From a bacterium (GTDB taxonomy: Bacteria > SZUA-182 > DTGQ01), in assembly GCA_049472445.1 (NCBI GenBank), contig JBLIRT010000004.1, forward strand, positions 1 to 39,913: a stretch of DNA of 39,913 nucleotides. The letters are read 5' to 3'. Under the pieces are notes generated by a model. That model was not told the DNA's origin. It saw only the letters and a program-made list of their open reading frames with translations, and did not search any database. The position numbers and the translations under genes were made by a program. Shown one piece after another: positions 35,299 through 39,913 of the stretch. Each line of letters begins with the position of its first letter. Position 1 is the first letter of the stretch.

Positions 35299-37299
35299 TC
35301 AGTTCCTGTCCATTGAATCGGAAACAATCTTATAACCGTCACGCAAGATGGTAAGGACCTCATGCAATCTATCTCTGGATTCTTTGGATTTGATGGATTT
35401 ATACAGGTCCCATTTCTCACGTTCCAGCGCTATTCTCTCCTCCTCCGTCAAGATAATGGCGTACGGGAGGTTCACTAAATCCTTCCCTTCCAACTGGAAA
35501 TATGAAACCTTTTCGCCGGAAGGCAGAATGTTGCTATAAATCTTCCGGGAGAATAGATCAGCCAGTTGACGAGGCGATTTCGCCTTGTATTGAACCAAAA
35601 GGTCCACCATTTCCTGCCTCATACGCTCCATGCTCATGGCTTCCGATGGTGTATCGATCAAATCTTTCGGGATTACGGTCTCAATGACAACCTGTCGATC
35701 CTTGACCGCCGGACTGCCTGAGGGCGGCGTATCAGTTTTTGAAGGTACCGCAGCAACGGCAACTTTTTGTGCTCCAGGGAGGGGAGGCGGTGGCGGTGGC
35801 GGCGTAAGAGCTGTCCGCGATGAAGCCGGCTGATCGGCTGAAGGGGGAATCTGCGGTTTCTTTTCCTGAACTGACGGCTCAAGAGGCTGCCGTGAGGCGA
35901 CCTTCTGAGATTCTGCCAAATTCCTGTCTTCCGGCAGGCCGGGGAGCAGTCCTTTGGTGATAAATCCTGCCAGCCTCTCCCCACCGGCACCTGGTTTTCT
36001 TTTCGCAACCGACTCTCGCGGCCTTCCTGAAGGAGGACTTTTGGACTCCACCGGCTTCGGAGTAACTGATACCTGTTTCCCTCCGGGAGACCCTGTCGGA
36101 ATAACAGCTATCTGTGTTCCCGAAGATGGTCCTACGGCAATGTTTTCTGCCCTTTTCACTGCTTCCTGAGCAGCCTTCTGCATTTTCTCCAATTCCGCCC
36201 GGGCTATTCTTTCCCGCTCACGTTTTTCCCTCTCTTCCAATTCAGCTTTTTCAATCTGCTCCTGATGAGCCTTCTCTACCCTGGCCAGCCAGTCTTTCAC
36301 CTCAAAAAAATCCGGAGAGGTTGGGGGCTCATTTCGCAGAAATTGCTCATAATAGTATTTTGCCTTTCCATAATCCTTGAGGTCAAAATCATAGGTTTTG
36401 CCTATATTGTAAAGCGCATCCGTGTATTCAGGATATATCTCCAAGGCCCTTTCATACCATTTCACCGCCTCTTCAGGCTTCCCGAGGCGATTGTATTCAT
36501 TTCCCTTTTCCTTATGCCTTTGAGCCTCTTCCCTCAGAGAGGCTGCGGTACTCTCTTCCTTTGATGGTGAAGGAGCCTCGGCCACCTCCGGTAAGGCTGG
36601 TTGAACAACGGGACTGATCTCTTCCTTGACTGCGGGGGGGGGCTGGATGGCCTGAGGCGGAGGTGTAGCCGCTTTGACCGCCGATTCAGCAGAGGTGGAA
36701 GTATCTTTTCCCCTCTCCGGTGAAGGAGCCTCGGCCACCTCCGGTAAGGCCGGCTGCATGGGAGGTCTGACCGTTTTCTCAGCCACTGCCTGAGACACAG
36801 AAGGGGCATCCGTTTCCGTGACCGATTCAGCGACCCTGGCCGCTTCCTTCGGGACTTTCGCCTGCTCCGGGGCTTTTTCCCTTCCCATCATGACAGCAAC
36901 CGAGGCACTTTCTTTACCCTCCGACTCCCTCATAGCTGCATATTTCTGCTCAGCATCGCTCAGCCATTCCCTTAACTGCCGGGCATCATCACTTTTGCTT
37001 TCCAACTGCAAAAACTGCTTCATATATGGAATAGCTTTCTCATAATTCTTCAGGTCCAAATAATAGGTCATGCTCACGTTATAGAGAGCATCAACGTAAT
37101 TCGGAAATAGCTTGATAGCCTTTTCGTATTCTTCTGCTCCCTTTTCAAATTCACCTTTTTCGCAATACTCATTTCCCAATCTGTTGTGATTTTGGGCATC
37201 TTGTGGGATAGTTGCCGCTCCTGCCATCCCTATCCAACCCAACATGGTAAAAAAGAGCAGGAATGAAAGAGAAAGTCTCCCCCTTTTGGCCATGACCAA
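35299..37299 (-). CDS. Secreted TPR-repeat / proline-rich protein with an internal duplication and a coiled coil
   Basis: The 666-aa ORF has a signal peptide ([10 protein letters not shown]) and two paralogous TPR modules ([13 protein letters not shown]...[19 protein letters not shown] and [13 protein letters not shown]...[19 protein letters not shown]). [13 protein letters not shown] occurs twice. It also has an [23 protein letters not shown] coiled coil, a PPPPPPPLP run and a C-terminal domain of unknown family. Confidence 0.8.
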   Translation of the reverse strand: MVMAKRGRLSLSFLLFFTMLGWIGMAGAATIPQDAQNHNRLGNEYCEKGEFEKGAEEYEKAIKLFPNYVDALYNVSMTYYLDLKNYEKAIPYMKQFLQLESKSDDARQLREWLSDAEQKYAAMRESEGKESASVAVMMGREKAPEQAKVPKEAARVAESVTETDAPSVSQAVAEKTVRPPMQPALPEVAEAPSPERGKDTSTSAESAVKAATPPPQAIQPPPAVKEEISPVVQPALPEVAEAPSPSKEESTAASLREEAQRHKEKGNEYNRLGKPEEAVKWYERALEIYPEYTDALYNIGKTYDFDLKDYGKAKYYYEQFLRNEPPTSPDFFEVKDWLARVEKAHQEQIEKAELEEREKRERERIARAELEKMQKAAQEAVKRAENIAVGPSSGTQIAVIPTGSPGGKQVSVTPKPVESKSPPSGRPRESVAKRKPGAGGERLAGFITKGLLPGLPEDRNLAESQKVASRQPLEPSVQEKKPQIPPSADQPASSRTALTPPPPPPPLPGAQKVAVAAVPSKTDTPPSGSPAVKDRQVVIETVIPKDLIDTPSEAMSMERMRQEMVDLLVQYKAKSPRQLADLFSRKIYSNILPSGEKVSYFQLEGKDLVNLPYAIILTEEERIALEREKWDLYKSIKSKESRDRLHEVLTILRDGYKIVSDSMDRN
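36566..36750. repeat. Direct repeat inside the TPR/Pro-rich gene: two 32-bp identical copies 153 bp apart
   Basis: GGTGAAGGAGCCTCGGCCACCTCCGGTAAGGC occurs at 36566-36597 and again at 36719-36750. The 153-bp offset is in frame (51 codons). Confidence 0.9.
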
Positions 37300-37478
37300 C
37301 TCCTTTCTTAAAGGATGAATATGTACGAATTGTTTGATAAAATATTGGGTAATGTATCACAGGGAAAGCGGGAATGTCAAGAGAATCCCCGACTTGAGTT
37401 TCCCTTCTGCCCATGCTCATTATTTTTTATAAGCCCTTGTAAAGCTGAAAGAAATATAGCTACCAGGAGGAGGCTGTC

Positions 37479-38306
37479 ATGCCGGAATTGCCGGAGGTGG
37501 AAACCATCGTCCAAAGCCTGCGGCCACATATCCTTGGCCGGGAAATTTCCGGGATCACTGTTCTTCTGCCCAAGATCATCCATGCCGCATGCGGAGCCCC
37601 TGATTACTTGATCGGCAGGACTGTGACCGATATTTTCCGTCAAGGGAAAACAATTATTATAGATCTGTCGGATGGCTGGCATCTGCGAATCCATTTAAAA
37701 ATGACCGGTCAATTGTTGATAAACCTGCCTGGCGATCCCTTTCTCAAGCATACTCATGTCGTTATGTCCCTGGATGGGAATGAGTTGGAGCTTCGGTATC
37801 GGGACATTCGCCAATTCGGGTTCCTTCAGATTCTCACACCCGAAGAGTGGGGCGACTGGCTTGGCCGTAATCCCACAGGGCCGGATCCATTGGAAATATC
37901 CCTCGCCTCATTTTCCTCCAGACTTGGCCGCAAGAAGGGGAGGATTAAATCGGTATTACTCGATCAAACCTTTCTCGGGGGGTTAGGTAATATCTACATT
38001 GATGAAATTCTTCACCAGGCTCGAATTCATCCTGAGACATCACCGGTCGCACTGTCAGCGGAGGAGATTCATTTCTTATATCATAGGATGCAGGCTATTC
38101 TCAAGGCTGCCATTCAAAAAAAGGGATCTTCTGTCCGGAATTACACCGAAGCATCCGGCCAGCGAGGACAGTATCAGACTTTGCACCAGGTTTATGGAAG
38201 ATACGCCCTGCCCTGCCGGCATTGCGGGACCCTCATTGCCAAGACCAAAGTGGCGGGGAGGGGAACCTGTTTCTGCCCGCAATGTCAAAAGAAACCATCC
38301 GGATGA
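37479..38306 (+). CDS. mutM: Formamidopyrimidine-DNA glycosylase
   Basis: It starts MPELPEVETI, contains the H2TH region (LLDQTFLGGLGNIYIDEILHQARIHP) and ends with the zinc finger CRHCGTLI...GRGTCFCPQCQ. Confidence 0.93.
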   Translation: MPELPEVETIVQSLRPHILGREISGITVLLPKIIHAACGAPDYLIGRTVTDIFRQGKTIIIDLSDGWHLRIHLKMTGQLLINLPGDPFLKHTHVVMSLDGNELELRYRDIRQFGFLQILTPEEWGDWLGRNPTGPDPLEISLASFSSRLGRKKGRIKSVLLDQTFLGGLGNIYIDEILHQARIHPETSPVALSAEEIHFLYHRMQAILKAAIQKKGSSVRNYTEASGQRGQYQTLHQVYGRYALPCRHCGTLIAKTKVAGRGTCFCPQCQKKPSG

Positions 38307-38413
38307 ATGAACATGGGAAGATGGCAGGTCAGAGGGGATGGCCGGGATCAATGATAAGCGATCCGGAATGATGGAAAAGGGTAAGGCGCAGGTCGGCATG
38401 TTCATGGGAAAAC

Positions 38414-38450
38414 GGGGACTTCCGAATGATTCCGGCCCTCGAAAGTCCCC
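38414..38450 (-). terminator. Possible terminator hairpin between the convergent mutM and beta-barrel genes
   Basis: GGGGACTT...AAGTCCCC forms an 8-bp outer stem with an inner CCG(G)AAT/ATTCGG stem. On the minus strand it is followed by GTTTTCCC, a weak U-tract. Confidence 0.3.
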
Positions 38451-38461
38451 TTGGGGAAATC

Positions 38462-39406
38462 TTAGAACTCAACACTCAACTGAACGCCCCATTCATTGGT
38501 ATCATCAGTGAGCTCATATGAGGACATTCTGAATTCAGCACCCAGGTTCGTGTGCTCATATAATTCATAATTGATACCGGCACTCAGGCGTGACTCAAGG
38601 CCCTCTAAGGTTTCCTCATTGAATTTCTCATCGACGCCTGTATCATCATCATACCCCTCGTACCGCAGGGCCACCTCAAAGGTCGGCAGAAGCTGATAGG
38701 CTCCCGCAAGGGAGAAAGCGGTTTCCTTGGCATCTGCATCTCTCTCCAGGGCGGTGATATATTCGAAATCAACGGTCAAATTCTCGACCACGACACCCAG
38801 GCTCACTCCGGCCGTATTATTTCTGTCCACACCTTGGGCGGAATCGAAATAAACGCTGAAGTTGACCAGGTCCGTTGGGGCCATGGTAACGTTTAAGATG
38901 AAGTCGCCGAGGTCATCATCTCCATTGGGATCAGAATAAACCGAAAGGGAGAATTCCAGGCCCTGCAGGGCCTCCTGGGAAAAGGCCAGGGTGAGACCGG
39001 GCGCATTGATTTCATATTTATCCTGGGTCAGGGGATCAGTTATCAGGTGACTATTGAAAACACCAAAGGGAAGGACCCTCTTTCCGGCAAGAAGCTTCAT
39101 CGGCTGGTTGACGAACTGGGTCAGGGTGAGATACCCTTCATCCAAAAACAGCTCCTCTTCCTCATATTTGATCACGGCTGTGGCGTTGACATTTTCAACC
39201 ACATCAGCCTCGAGGTTCAAGACTACCTCATCCAGCATAATGCCACTGGATGAACCACCATCATCTCCCCTGTCAGTAACGCCGAGGTTGACTTTAACCT
39301 CTCCCGACCATTCCAGGGTAGCGGCCTTTCCTGAGTTGGCATGACACATGAAGATAACCGAAATTACCAGGGCTATCAAGATAAACCATCTCTTTCTTTC
39401 TATCAT
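38462..39406 (-). CDS. Putative outer-membrane beta-barrel (porin-like) protein, acidic
   Basis: It has a signal peptide (ALVISVIFMCHANSGKA), alternating beta-strand patterns throughout, and a C-terminal beta-signal ending in Phe (WGVQLSVEF). No specific family recognised. Confidence 0.6.
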   Translation of the reverse strand: MIERKRWFILIALVISVIFMCHANSGKAATLEWSGEVKVNLGVTDRGDDGGSSSGIMLDEVVLNLEADVVENVNATAVIKYEEEELFLDEGYLTLTQFVNQPMKLLAGKRVLPFGVFNSHLITDPLTQDKYEINAPGLTLAFSQEALQGLEFSLSVYSDPNGDDDLGDFILNVTMAPTDLVNFSVYFDSAQGVDRNNTAGVSLGVVVENLTVDFEYITALERDADAKETAFSLAGAYQLLPTFEVALRYEGYDDDTGVDEKFNEETLEGLESRLSAGINYELYEHTNLGAEFRMSSYELTDDTNEWGVQLSVEF

Positions 39407-39650
39407 CTTTTTCTCTCTCCTCTTTCTGTAATCACTCTTTCAATTCTGGTTACTTCTGTTGGCAGCGGAAGGCAGGATGTTGATCCATAATGCTGAAATG
39501 GGTGAGTAAAATCAAGATGTGAGAAAGAAATCTTCCTCTCTCCGGGCCCCGCACATTCCCCCCGAACCTTTTCGACTCTTTGCAGAAAATTCTTTTATCG
39601 TTTTTACTCTTCAGCCTCACCTCCTTTACCGATTTGATAAAACCTGAATC

Positions 39651-39686
39651 TCGATCAATCTCTTCTCGATCAATCTCTTCTCGATC
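39651..39686. repeat. 15-bp tandem repeat TCGATCAATCTCTTC x2 plus a partial third unit
   Basis: The repeat is read directly at 39651-39665 and 39666-39680, followed by TCGATC at 39681-39686. It lies in the long non-coding region upstream of the beta-barrel gene. Confidence 0.85.
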
Positions 39687-39913
39687 TCCATGAGGCAGTC
39701 GACCTGAATAAGATATAAGTAATACAAAATTGTAGCCATAAAGTCAACCCTGTTTTCGGAATACTATATTGTTCAAATCGGAATTAAGATAAACTAAAAT
39801 CGGATAATTTATCCTTTATGATGGCCCTATCTTCTTCTCTGAGGCACTTCAGGAAATTTTTCGAGGGATGAGACGTCCCAACAAAAGAGGCCAGTAATGA
39901 CCAAGAACGTATC

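Noticed and set aside
39886-39913. A possible plus-strand gene start (AAGAGG RBS, ATGACCAAGAACGTATC) at the right edge
   Set aside because: Only 9 codons are visible, so there is no way to support a coding call or a product.
1-39913. Mobile elements, prophage, integrases, toxin-antitoxin pairs, restriction-modification or other defence systems
   Set aside because: I looked for them on both strands. No transposase, integrase or recombinase motifs, terminal inverted repeats flanking genes, or small paired ORFs typical of TA modules were seen. tRNA-Gln is not followed by an integrase or a direct repeat of its 3' end.

Overview
The window is chromosomal and mostly housekeeping. I support about 36 protein genes and one tRNA from the sequence. 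It appears to come from a Gram-negative bacterium: it encodes lipoproteins, a C-terminal-Phe beta-barrel protein, Tat/periplasmic enzymes and a LolB-like protein. GC is mid-range by eye. The gene order (TPR, lolB-like, ispE, spoVG, tRNA-Gln, prs, rplY) resembles Desulfobacterota/Geobacter-type genomes, but I could not run a search, so that is inference only.

Layout:
- 1-5055 (-): rplY' (partial), prs, tRNA-Gln, spoVG, ispE, LolB-like lipoprotein, TPR protein.
- 5396-8346 (+): a HEAT-repeat / HDOD / CheR-type methyltransferase operon behind a sigma-54-type promoter.
- 8526-17074 (+): a perfect sigma-54 promoter, then a selenocysteine-containing Tat-exported formate dehydrogenase (fdnG with in-frame TGA, fdnH, fdnI), tatA, moaA and an unusual 853-aa fusion protein. 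That protein combines a cNMP-binding domain, a degenerate sigma-54 AAA+ module and a polyferredoxin membrane domain.
- 17025-23424 (-): a GC-rich Cys-motif membrane protein, a mono-haem cytochrome c with an intrinsic terminator, a heterodimeric ABC exporter pair, a BshA-like glycosyltransferase and fxsA.
- 23425-23926: an intergenic region carrying a roughly 240-nt imperfect palindrome and tandem repeat, preceded by a near-copy of the fdh sigma-54 promoter.
- 23927-25018 (+): a parvulin PPIase lipoprotein.
- 24995-37299 (-): tlyA, a DHS-like protein, a SIS isomerase-like protein, psd, ilvC, two AHAS small subunits, two AHAS large subunits, ilvD and a secreted TPR/proline-rich protein.
- 37479-39406: mutM (+) and an acidic outer-membrane beta-barrel protein (-).

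I saw no CRISPR array, transposase, integrase, phage gene or recognisable defence system. The most unusual items are the membrane-anchored pseudo-enhancer-binding protein fusion, the structured palindromic element, the orphan HEAT-HDOD-CheR module and the nested duplicated AHAS genes. All functional calls rest on by-eye motif and family recognition; no database search was possible.
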